This document shows positions 49,988 through 58,516 of a DNA stretch of 64,000 nucleotides, piece by piece. How positions within the stretch are numbered: the stretch's first letter is position 1; each line of letters starts with the position of its first letter. The translations under genes were made by a program, and so were the position numbers. Location: the NCBI GenBank assembly GCA_026390285.1, contig JAPLGH010000046.1, positions 868 to 64,867 on the forward strand. The letters are read 5' to 3'. Source of the stretch: Caldisericota bacterium (lineage in GTDB: Bacteria > Caldisericota > Caldisericia > Cryosericales > Cryosericaceae). The notes under the pieces are model-generated. The model was not told the origin of the DNA. It made no database searches and was given only the letters and a program-made list of their open reading frames with translations.

Positions 49988-50974
49988 TCAGTTCGCAGGG
50001 ATGCCAAACAGTGGCCCCGTTGTCGTCCGGAGCACGTCGGTTTTGGGGATGACGTACGATATGCCGTCCACGTACTGCGGCAGACCAGGGAAGGGGACCG
50101 ATTCCACGTCTGCGTACGCTACGTCCTTGTAGGTCATGCCGATACGCGCCATGACGCTGAACGACATGTCGGTCGTCACCGCCGCCTGCACGGCGCGGAT
50201 GATGGCAGGCAGGCGCAGCAGCGTCCGCACATCTTTCGTCTGATCGATGATGGCCGCCAGGAGCTTCTTCTGGCGCGCCACCCGCCCGTGATCTTCGCCA
50301 GACCAGGTGCCAAAATCCCCGATGGCATCCATCCTGAACCGCGCATACTCCAGCGCCTGCTCGCCATCGAGATGCTGGACCCCAGGCTGCAGGTCGATGA
50401 GCACGTCGACCGCCTTGTAAAGCATCCTCTCCTCGACGTCGATGGTTACGCCGCCCAGAGCGTCGATGATGGCGGCAAACCCTCCGAAATCAGTCTTGAC
50501 CGTGTAGTCGATGCGGAGCCCCGGCAACAGGTCCGTTTCGATGGTATCAACCAAGAGGCTGGTCCCGCCGCCCCGATAGTATCCGCTGGACGCCTGGTTC
50601 AGCTTGTTGATGCCATGGCCGGGAATCGTGACGCGCGTATCACGTGGAAAGGACAGCAGGCGTACATGCTTCGTTGCCGGATCCAAGCGCACTAGGATGA
50701 TCGTGTCCGCGCGCCCCGGGTCACTCTGCTCGCGCGAGTCGGCCCCAAGCAACAGGATATTGAGTGGCTTGTCGAGGTCGGGCTGGGGCTGGAGAGGTAT
50801 CGGGGGCACCACGCGCTGTGCAGGGGGTGGATGATCGACAGCGCCAGCCAGGGAGTCATCAGTGACGAGAGAGTATGCGGGCACAGCACGAGACACAGCG
50901 ACGATACCGGCAAGCAGCGCCGCTATCGCCAGTAGTGCCATAATCATATGCAAGGTGTGCTTCTGTACGCTCAT
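49988..50974 (-). CDS. LytR-CpsA-Psr (LCP) family protein
   Basis: ILLLGAD..RADTI..SFPRDT..KLN..ARFR..RQ. Confidence 0.9.
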   Translation of the reverse strand: MSVQKHTLHMIMALLAIAALLAGIVAVSRAVPAYSLVTDDSLAGAVDHPPPAQRVVPPIPLQPQPDLDKPLNILLLGADSREQSDPGRADTIILVRLDPATKHVRLLSFPRDTRVTIPGHGINKLNQASSGYYRGGGTSLLVDTIETDLLPGLRIDYTVKTDFGGFAAIIDALGGVTIDVEERMLYKAVDVLIDLQPGVQHLDGEQALEYARFRMDAIGDFGTWSGEDHGRVARQKKLLAAIIDQTKDVRTLLRLPAIIRAVQAAVTTDMSFSVMARIGMTYKDVAYADVESVPFPGLPQYVDGISYVIPKTDVLRTTTGPLFGIPAN

Positions 50975-50983
50975 GGGGTCAAG

Positions 50984-51091
50984 CTATTGCTTCGCTCCAA
51001 GCCAGCTGCCCAGCAGGAGCATGCAACCTCCCAGGACGACGCCCGCGACCAGTTCCACAAACGTGGTGTGCAGTGACTGGTTCATAGACAC
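50984..51091 (-). CDS. Small single-TM ORF, possibly a deletion remnant
   Basis: GGAG RBS; MSMNQSLHTTFVELVAGVVLGGCMLLLGSWLGAKQ*. Confidence 0.35.
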   Translation of the reverse strand: MSMNQSLHTTFVELVAGVVLGGCMLLLGSWLGAKQ

Positions 51092-51113
51092 GTCACGCTC
51101 CACTACCCAGCAC

Positions 51114-52256
51114 CTAGAGGGCGGGCTTGAGCAGCTCGACCACATCGCGCGCCGTCAGAATGCGCAGTTTTCCAAGCGGACCCTCGGAAAGCGCATTGAA
51201 TGCTATGTCACGGAGCTCACCTGCCGCAATGCCGAGGTCTCCCAGCGTCGACGGAGCGCCCCAGCGCTGAAACGCCGTCTTCATCGCCGTGATGCCTTCT
51301 TCGACCGTTTCCACTCCCCAAACGGCTCTAGCCCACCGCCGGAACTGGCCGGGGTTGTTCTCACGCTGGTAGGTCATCCACGCGGGCAGGATGACCGCCA
51401 TACCGGCCCCATGTGCTACTTCGGGGTGCAGGGCACTCATCGCCGATTCGATGCTCCGGGCAGACCAGTCGCTGTCCTCGATGCCGGCGGAGCTCAGACC
51501 GTTCATGGCCAGCGTCGCAGCCCACGCGAGGTTCGCGCGCGCCCCGTAGTCCGCGTGGTCCGCCTGCAGTCGGTCCACCATCTTGATAACCGTGCGCATC
51601 AGCCCCTCGTCGAGTGCAAGCGTCGTCTCCTCGAACGACCCCACCAGGTAGGTGGCCATGATGTGGCTGAGGACGCCGACGGCGCCGTTTATAGTCTGCC
51701 GCCACGGCAGGCTGGTTTGCACGCTCGGATCCACGATCGCAAACCGGGGATACAGGACAGGAGAGGAAATACTCCGCTTCCTGTGCTGCTCGCTCTCCGT
51801 CAGAACGGCCCACGAGTCCATCTCGCTACCGGAAGCCGAGATCGTCAGGACGACGAAGACCGGGAGCGCCTTGTCGATCGGACACCGTTTCTCGAAACAG
51901 CTCCAGAGGTTGTCGACATACACGCCCGCCGCAACGCACTTGGCCGTGTCGATGACGCTGCCACCGCCGACGGCCAGCACGCCGTCCACCTGCTGCTCGC
52001 GGGCGATCTGCACCAGCTGCTGGGCAAGAGCCAGCTCAGGGTTGGGCTGTACGCCCCACGCCTCTACCGCATCGATACCCTGCACGCTCAGGGACTGGGT
52101 GACGGCCTGATAGACGCCGTTCTCGCGGATGGAACCGCCGCCGGCGATCAACAGCACCTTGTGAGCCCCTTCGCGGGCGATGGCAGGGCCCACCTGCTGC
52201 ACGGTCCCGCGACCGAAGATCACCCGTGTCGGATTGCAGAACTCGAAACTGTGCAT
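51114..52256 (-). CDS. Iron-containing alcohol dehydrogenase (BdhA/YqhD-like) with degenerate metal site
   Basis: NPTRVIFG, GGGS twice, GSE, HGAG. Confidence 0.8.
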   Translation of the reverse strand: MHSFEFCNPTRVIFGRGTVQQVGPAIAREGAHKVLLIAGGGSIRENGVYQAVTQSLSVQGIDAVEAWGVQPNPELALAQQLVQIAREQQVDGVLAVGGGSVIDTAKCVAAGVYVDNLWSCFEKRCPIDKALPVFVVLTISASGSEMDSWAVLTESEQHRKRSISSPVLYPRFAIVDPSVQTSLPWRQTINGAVGVLSHIMATYLVGSFEETTLALDEGLMRTVIKMVDRLQADHADYGARANLAWAATLAMNGLSSAGIEDSDWSARSIESAMSALHPEVAHGAGMAVILPAWMTYQRENNPGQFRRWARAVWGVETVEEGITAMKTAFQRWGAPSTLGDLGIAAGELRDIAFNALSEGPLGKLRILTARDVVELLKPAL

Positions 52257-52318
52257 GCGTCACCCCTTTCGCGCCCGTCCGGCGCGTCCTTTCAGACTAG
52301 CCCCTCTGACAGACTGGT

Positions 52319-52891
52319 TCAAGCATGCCGCGTCAGGGCAGGCAGTACTCCAAACATGTACCAGACGCCCGGGCCGACGGTTCGGCCCGAAGCCTGCTCG
52401 CTCCGGAGAAACGCAGGAAGCTCCTCTTCCTTCAACAGGACGACCTCGATCTCCTCGCTTGGCTCCAGGTCTTGTTGAGGATGTTGGTTCCGCGGATCGG
52501 TCTCATTAATCTCGGCGCTGAAAATGTATTGGCTGTCATCATTGGACATCCCGACATTCATCTTCAAGGGACCGCTCGACCCGACGATGCGGCCGACGAA
52601 CCCTGTCTCTTCGCGCAGTTCGCGCAGAGCCTCGACCTCGGGGTCGCTGCCCGTGGGAGCAGTACCAGCACAGAACCCTATGACGGTGTTCTCGATTGCC
52701 TGACGATACTGCCGCAGGAGCACGTACCGTCCGCTGGGCATCAGGCGCGCAACAACCACGACAACATAAGTATCTGAAGTGCGGGCAATACACTCCCAGG
52801 ACGTTTCTTCGCCACTGTCGCTCACAAACGTGTCTTCCCGCAGGACCAGCCAGTTGCCTTTTCCAATAATGCGTTCGCCTGTCTTTTTCAT
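52319..52891 (-). CDS. NUDIX hydrolase (ADP-ribose pyrophosphatase-like)
   Basis: QYR...AG...ALRELREETG. Confidence 0.85.
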   Translation of the reverse strand: MKKTGERIIGKGNWLVLREDTFVSDSGEETSWECIARTSDTYVVVVVARLMPSGRYVLLRQYRQAIENTVIGFCAGTAPTGSDPEVEALRELREETGFVGRIVGSSGPLKMNVGMSNDDSQYIFSAEINETDPRNQHPQQDLEPSEEIEVVLLKEEELPAFLRSEQASGRTVGPGVWYMFGVLPALTRHA

Positions 52892-52976
52892 ACCGCGGTC
52901 TCCTTACCGTCTGCAGCAGAACACGCCGGATGGGCGGTATCTGCCCGGGACTTTTTCGCCATGGAACTCGCCGTTT

Positions 52977-53798
52977 CTAGTCTGGCTCCACTGTGAGTGC
53001 GCCGATCCCGGGGCGCCAGTCGAACACGGCGATGTCTCCGACACTGTCAAAACCAAGGCGGACATACAGCGACACCACCTCGGGGTTCGCCTGCAATGCA
53101 AGGTGTGAATAGCCCATGCGAGCCGCCTGAGCCAATGCCTCCCGGCTGAGCAGAATACCTGCCCCACGCTTCCGGAACATCTGAGGCACGCCAAGCCAGT
53201 GCAGTCCCGCGACACCGTCACCTGCAAATAACAGTACCCCACCCACAGGGGTCCCGTCCTGTAATGCCATCAGACGATGCCAGCGCCCGGAAAGGAGTCC
53301 GGTCCCCGTAAGCACTGATTCCAGGTCATGGAACTGCGTGAGGCCGAATCCCTCGAGCACAACATGCATCCACTGCTCCCGTTCGCTGGCAGAGACTGCC
53401 TCGACAACGGTCATGTCCGAAGGCGCCTCCTCTACTCTCTCCGTCCCATCGATCGAACGGACCATACCCGTCCAGAAGTAGCGCAGCTCGAGTCCATGAA
53501 TCAGCAGCCGCGTCGCAAGGTCATTGGGTCTGGAACAGCTGTCGACGTACCAGGTGACCGGCACGGCGGCACGGCGAAACGGCAGGAGGAGCTGCTCGAT
53601 GCCCTCATCGGCAGTGTCTGCACCAAGACGAGCCCTGAAGATACGGTTTCGGTCGACATGAGGAGCCCGCACAGAAGAAGCGGACGCGTCCCCAAGGATA
53701 TACGTCCCTGGCTGGCCATCCACAGTCAGGAAGTACTGCGCCATCTCCTCGCTGACAAGGTAGGCACCGGCATCCATCGTCATGCTGTCCAGAGCCAT
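52977..53798 (-). CDS. GNAT acetyltransferase
   Basis: FRKRGAG...LYVRLGF. Confidence 0.75.
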   Translation of the reverse strand: MALDSMTMDAGAYLVSEEMAQYFLTVDGQPGTYILGDASASSVRAPHVDRNRIFRARLGADTADEGIEQLLLPFRRAAVPVTWYVDSCSRPNDLATRLLIHGLELRYFWTGMVRSIDGTERVEEAPSDMTVVEAVSASEREQWMHVVLEGFGLTQFHDLESVLTGTGLLSGRWHRLMALQDGTPVGGVLLFAGDGVAGLHWLGVPQMFRKRGAGILLSREALAQAARMGYSHLALQANPEVVSLYVRLGFDSVGDIAVFDWRPGIGALTVEPD

Positions 53799-53799
53799 G

Positions 53800-53997
53800 T
53801 CACTCCTCTTCCTCTTCGTGACCGCTGTGACCAGCGCCCGACGCCTGCTCCACCTGACCTCGCCTGCCAGCCATGGTCCGTCCTTCGGCCACAACGAGGA
53901 ACTTGTGGCCCAGACGTGAACCGAATTCACGAAGCCTGCCGATCTCCCCGGGCCCCTGGATGTACCGATCCGGTGCCCCTATGGTGTTCGCCATCAT
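53800..53997 (-). pseudogene. Glycerol dehydrogenase (GldA-like) remnant
   Basis: AGGAGG RBS; APDRYIQGPGEI...LGHKFLVV; only 65 aa. Confidence 0.7.
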
Positions 53998-54146
53998 CGA
54001 CCTCCTGTTGACGGAGCATTGGCGTTGCCGCACGACAACACCGTTCCTGCCCCTATTCTACACTGTGGACACCACAACGCAACCAAGTCGCACTATACTG
54101 GAATCACGAGCCCGGTGCATCTCTGCCGGACCGTTCCGGAGGTAAC

Positions 54147-54686
54147 ATGGCCAAGCTTCTCAAGACACCATCGACGGCACTTACGCCCGTCCCCGCTGTC
54201 CTCGTGACTGCAGGCACGATGGAATCGTCTGCCGTTACAACCCTCGCCTGGGTCGGGACCATCTGTTCGGAACCTCCGATGATCAGCATCAGTGTTCGCC
54301 CCGAACGCTGGCTGCATCACTTCATCGTCGAGGGTGGCGCCTTCGTCGTCAACGTGGTGGACACAGCCCATGCACGCGCCCTCGACCTCTGCGGCAGCGT
54401 GTCCGGCAGGGACACGGACAAGTGGGAGTTGAGCGCCCTCACCCGCGAGCAGGGAACGGCCACAGCCGTGCCTCTGGTGACGGAGTGTCCCATCAACATC
54501 GAGTGTGTTGTGCGCCAGACCCTTCACCTTGGCAGCCATGACATGTTCATTGGCGAGGTCGTCGCCGTCCACCTGGAACGACGTGTTCAGGCGGGCGGCC
54601 GCGCCCTGGATCCAGTCTGCTACGTAAGCGGTCAGTACTGGAAGCTGGGGGACCTTATCGGTCCCATGGGGTTCTCTCGCAAGTAG
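54147..54686 (+). CDS. Flavin reductase-family protein
   Basis: PVPAVLVT, CGSVSGRDTDK, IECVV, GSHDMFIGEV. Confidence 0.9.
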   Translation: MAKLLKTPSTALTPVPAVLVTAGTMESSAVTTLAWVGTICSEPPMISISVRPERWLHHFIVEGGAFVVNVVDTAHARALDLCGSVSGRDTDKWELSALTREQGTATAVPLVTECPINIECVVRQTLHLGSHDMFIGEVVAVHLERRVQAGGRALDPVCYVSGQYWKLGDLIGPMGFSRK

Positions 54687-54896
54687 CCTTCATGGAGGGT
54701 CGACTTCTCCGCGGACCTCTCCCAGAAGGCATGGCGTGACAAACTCGTTCGGCGTTCGTTCGCATTTGCCCTTGCAGAAATCTCACGATACCCTATTCTT
54801 CAACCAATATACGAGAGCAGAGCGCTTGCCGCAGCCTCGGCCGATGGGGAGTGGTCTGGTCTCGATACATCGAGTTCGAGAGAGAAGGAGATGCGA

Positions 54897-55343
54897 ATGA
54901 AGAAGCTACTTCTTGTAATGACACTCTTGGTGATCGTCGTCGCCTTGGCGGGGTGCGGAGCGCCCAAGCAGCCCGTGACAACCGACCCAGGCCTGGATAC
55001 CTCTGGAGACACCAACAGAACAATTGTCGAGGTCGATGCCAAAAAGCTCGAAGAGCTTATCCAGACGGACCGTGACCTCGTCATCATCGATGTATCTGGC
55101 AAGTGGGCCGAGGGGCATATCGTGGGTGCACTCGACACCCCGCTGGACAAGTTGCAAGAGATCATTAATGGCAACTTCACGCTCCATGCCAGCAAGCACT
55201 ACGTCGTGTACTCGCACGATGAGGTAACCAGCAAGAAGGCGGCCGACATCATGCTGGCAAGCTCCTTCTCCGTCATCAACCGCCTGGTAGGCGGGTATGA
55301 CGCATGGGTGGCGAACGACGGCTACACCGAAAAGCAACCCTGA
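54897..55343 (+). CDS. Rhodanese-like lipoprotein lacking the catalytic Cys
   Basis: LAGC lipobox; IIDV..GHIVGA..VVYSH..LVGGYDAW. Confidence 0.75.
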   Translation: MKKLLLVMTLLVIVVALAGCGAPKQPVTTDPGLDTSGDTNRTIVEVDAKKLEELIQTDRDLVIIDVSGKWAEGHIVGALDTPLDKLQEIINGNFTLHASKHYVVYSHDEVTSKKAADIMLASSFSVINRLVGGYDAWVANDGYTEKQP

Positions 55344-55360
55344 TCCCCATAGACGACAAC

Positions 55361-55386
55361 AGCCCCGGCTACAAGTAGCCGGGGCT
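55361..55386. terminator. Bidirectional terminator
   Basis: AGCCCCGGCTAC / GTAGCCGGGGCT. Confidence 0.75.
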
Positions 55387-55410
55387 TCTGCATTTCCTGC
55401 CGTCCGCCGT

Positions 55411-55977
55411 TCAGGAGTGTGCCCCTCGTGGCAGGTTGACGTCAATGGCATGACCCTCGCGGCGCTCGACTTCTTCGCTGTAGGTGCCTGAGCGTTTCTC
55501 GGCATCGTCGATTGCCTGCTGCGCGCGCGCATGTCCGGCAGCTGCAAACCAGTCCCGCGCAGCGATGCGCTCCATCCACTTGTGGATCCGAGTCAGCTCG
55601 GTCTCGTTTTCCTCGATCTCGGCATACGTGAACTTCTCCTTCTCGGTCTCGCGGTCCAGCTCGTACACCAGGCGTTCGCACTGCTCCACGATCTCATCGT
55701 AATCTCCGTCGCGCTGCAGTTGAAACGCAGCAATCACACGAGCATCGTCTTCTTCATCAATGAATTCCATCCTCCCGACGAGAACCTCACCCCCACTGGA
55801 CACCACCTCGGCTTTGAGAGCGAGTACCTGTGAGAGAAGGGCCTCCGTCATCGGCAGGACGGCGGCCCCCTGCTGGACGTAGACCGCGCCCAGCTCCTTC
55901 AGCTTCCTCCACAGATACACGCGCGTGCGTGAGGGCTCTGTGGGGACCTTGTACGTGATAGTCAGCCAGGTCTTCAT
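55411..55977 (-). CDS. ChrB N-terminal-domain protein
   Basis: WL..YKVPTEPSRTRVYLWRKLKELGA...RDWF. Confidence 0.8.
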   Translation of the reverse strand: MKTWLTITYKVPTEPSRTRVYLWRKLKELGAVYVQQGAAVLPMTEALLSQVLALKAEVVSSGGEVLVGRMEFIDEEDDARVIAAFQLQRDGDYDEIVEQCERLVYELDRETEKEKFTYAEIEENETELTRIHKWMERIAARDWFAAAGHARAQQAIDDAEKRSGTYSEEVERREGHAIDVNLPRGAHS

Positions 55978-57248
55978 ATCACGGCCGTCGGGTTCGTGCC
56001 AGCTGAAGCTCGCATCAGGACCGTGAGGGCAATCATGGCCACAAACGCGAGGATAGACCCGAAGATGAACGGGGCACTCGGGTTGATGCGTTGCCACAGG
56101 ATGCCTGCAATGACACTGGCAGGCAAGGCACTGACGCCCACGGCGGCGTTGTACAGGCCGAAGGCGGTGCCGCGCTTCTCGGATTGCGGGACGAGGTCGG
56201 CGACCAGTGCGCTCGCGACACCGTCCGTCATAGCGTAGTAGACACCGTACAAGGCATACAGCGCCCATACCTGCCATCCCTGCGTGGCCAACCCAAAGCC
56301 TAAGTACACGAGGGCATACACCAGCCAGCCGGCGCGGATCACGCGGTTGCGCCCGATGCGGTCCGACACGATGCCGGCAGGGATAGACAAGGCCGACGTC
56401 ACGCCCTTCCACATGGCCAGCATGAGGAAGATCTGCACGATATCCAGACCGGCCTTCTGCGCCTTGAGCATAAGAAACGCGTCGCTGCTGTTGCCCAGCG
56501 TGAAGACGACGATGATGATCAGGAACGTCTTGAAACGCCAGTCGAATCCAGAAAGTGAGAGGTTCAGCGTCCTGGGGTTTCCCGTCCGTGGCGCGTTCTC
56601 ACGAACGAAGGCGGCGATCAGGGGAAGAGCCAGAACGGCGGGGATGCTTACCATGATGATCAGTTTCTGATAGATCGAGCGTGTCAGCGTCATCGCCGCT
56701 GCAGAGCCGCTGGCAGCAATCATGCCGGCAGCAGCCAGCATGCCGAAGACGGATCCAAGCGTGTCCATGGAGCGGCCATACCCGAAGGAGCGGCCCAGCT
56801 TCTTCTTCTCAGACGAGTCGGCCAGCAGGGCATCCTTGGGGGACGAACGGACTCCCTTGCCGGTACGGTCGGCGAAGCGCAGGAATGCGGCAAAAGGCCA
56901 CGAGCTGACGAAATACAGCAGGGGCTTCGTGACATTGGAGATGGCGTAGCCGCTGAATGCTAGCCACTTGCGCTTCTTCATCCTGTCGGACAGCCAGCCG
57001 AAGACCCACTTCAGGATCGTGGCCGTCGACTCCGCCAGTCCCTCGATGAACCCGATGATCGCCGGCTTGACGCCCAGCGCATTAGCCAGGAACAGTGGCA
57101 GGATCTTGACTGTCACCTCGCTGCTGAAATCCGTCAGCATCGAGACGAAGCCAAAGACGAAGACGTTCTGGCTCAGCCCGAAGAACTTGCGCTGCGGTCT
57201 CTCCTGCCCCATTTCCACCGACGTGTTCACTTCACCTGCGTTTTCCAC
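55974..57248 (-). CDS. MFS transporter
   Basis: SMLTDFSSE, DRTGKGVR..PKDAL, GNSSDAFL. Confidence 0.9.
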   Translation of the reverse strand: MENAGEVNTSVEMGQERPQRKFFGLSQNVFVFGFVSMLTDFSSEVTVKILPLFLANALGVKPAIIGFIEGLAESTATILKWVFGWLSDRMKKRKWLAFSGYAISNVTKPLLYFVSSWPFAAFLRFADRTGKGVRSSPKDALLADSSEKKKLGRSFGYGRSMDTLGSVFGMLAAAGMIAASGSAAAMTLTRSIYQKLIIMVSIPAVLALPLIAAFVRENAPRTGNPRTLNLSLSGFDWRFKTFLIIIVVFTLGNSSDAFLMLKAQKAGLDIVQIFLMLAMWKGVTSALSIPAGIVSDRIGRNRVIRAGWLVYALVYLGFGLATQGWQVWALYALYGVYYAMTDGVASALVADLVPQSEKRGTAFGLYNAAVGVSALPASVIAGILWQRINPSAPFIFGSILAFVAMIALTVLMRASAGTNPTAVI

Positions 57249-57270
57249 ACAACACCTCTCCTGTGATACA

Positions 57271-57303
57271 TGTAACTATCGTTACAGTATATCCACCGTT
57301 ACA
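57271..57303. promoter_or_regulatory. Palindromic operator upstream of MFS-chrB operon
   Basis: TGTAAC-tatc-GTTACA plus an extra CGTTACA half-site. Confidence 0.55.
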
Positions 57304-57340
57304 AGACATCAAGGGGGTGGAACGAGACAATGGTGGTTGC

Positions 57341-57468
57341 GACAATTAGAGTCGGAACATTCGACATTAAGTCGGGACATTTGACATTAAGTCGGGACAT
57401 TTGACATTAAGTCGGGACATTTGACATTAAGTCGGGTAATTTGACAAAAGAGTCGGGTAATTGAAGAT
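57341..57468 (+). repeat. Six tandem 20-22-bp repeats (GACATTAAGTCGGGACATTT)
   Basis: Three identical central units with diverged outer units; a related site at ~57585-57612. Confidence 0.9.
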
Positions 57469-58058
57469 GTCCGCAGTGACGAAATGAGCTTCAGTATCGC
57501 CCCCAACACTGGTTGCGTCAGCGTCTGCGGTAGTGATGACATCGTCGATCCGAAGTGTCCAGAGTGCCGCTCCCTTTGGGCGCGGCAATTAGAGTCGTGG
57601 AATTAATGATGGCAGCACGGCGACTTCCTTCCAAGCACCGAGAAACATGTCTATCACTCAGAACCCTCTTCAGCAGCTACTCTCACGGGTATGTCGAATG
57701 GACGTTTCTGATGGTCCCGCTCCGAAATCTCTCAGGGCATCCTTTTCCCCTTATTTGACACATCTCCGTGGCTAGAATATGTCGATAATGGTTGTCAGTC
57801 GGACATGGAGCGAATGTCAGTCTAGGGGGCGGCTCTACTCCATTGCACCAACAGTGTTACATCAACGGTGCAATGGAGATAGAATTGGTCGGAGCTCGCA
57901 TGCGGATTCTGATCTGACGAGTCTCGACAACATCGTGGCATCGGTCAACAGAGTCGTATAACTGATGACCGCAACGCCGTGACCTTGACCACCCAGGGCA
58001 CCAAAGTCATGGCACGAGCGCTTCTGAACTGCCGGTTTTGGTATCCCAAAGCAGACCC

Positions 58059-58086
58059 TTGACAAATATGTCTACACTCGTAGACT
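58059..58086 (+). promoter_or_regulatory. blaI promoter with overlapping operator
   Basis: TTGACA-16-TAGACT; palindrome GTCTAC-actc-GTAGAC (58070-58085), similar to the BlaI TACA..TGTA box. Confidence 0.7.
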
Positions 58087-58129
58087 ACTGGTAGAGTTTA
58101 CAGTTGTCGTATCTGTACAAGGAGAGTGT

Positions 58130-58516
58130 ATGATGGGTGCAACAATCAAGATCGCTGATGCAGAGCTGGAGATCATGCGCGTCCTGTGGTCTGAGGGACA
58201 TGCCATGACTTCGACAGAAATACGGGACAAGCTTCGGGATACGTCAGATTGGGGCAAATCAACGGTCCTCACGCTCATCGGCAGGTTGGTCAAGAAGGGA
58301 GCGGTTTCCTGCCAGAAGCAAGGGCATTTGCTCTATGCTCCTCTTGTCAGCGAAAAGGACTACCGCAACAGCCGTACCAGGAAACTAATTGATACTCTAT
58401 ATGACGGCAGCGTCCGGAACCTGGTCGTTGCCCTCTGCACGACCGGCAATCTGACACAGAAAGAACGAGAGGAACTACAACAGTACCTTGAAGGGGGGCT
58501 GGAAAAACATGAGTGA
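58130..58516 (+). CDS. BlaI/MecI/CopY-family repressor
   Basis: IADAELEIMRVLW...W.KSTVLTLIGRLVKKG...YDGS. Confidence 0.9.
   Translation: MMGATIKIADAELEIMRVLWSEGHAMTSTEIRDKLRDTSDWGKSTVLTLIGRLVKKGAVSCQKQGHLLYAPLVSEKDYRNSRTRKLIDTLYDGSVRNLVVALCTTGNLTQKEREELQQYLEGGLEKHE

Noticed and set aside
57341-57468. CRISPR array
   Set aside because: Units are contiguous with no unique spacers, and there are no cas genes in the window.
57341-57468. Plasmid iterons / replication origin
   Set aside because: No rep gene or DnaA boxes nearby; the inverted partner at 62850 fits element ends better. Not fully excluded.
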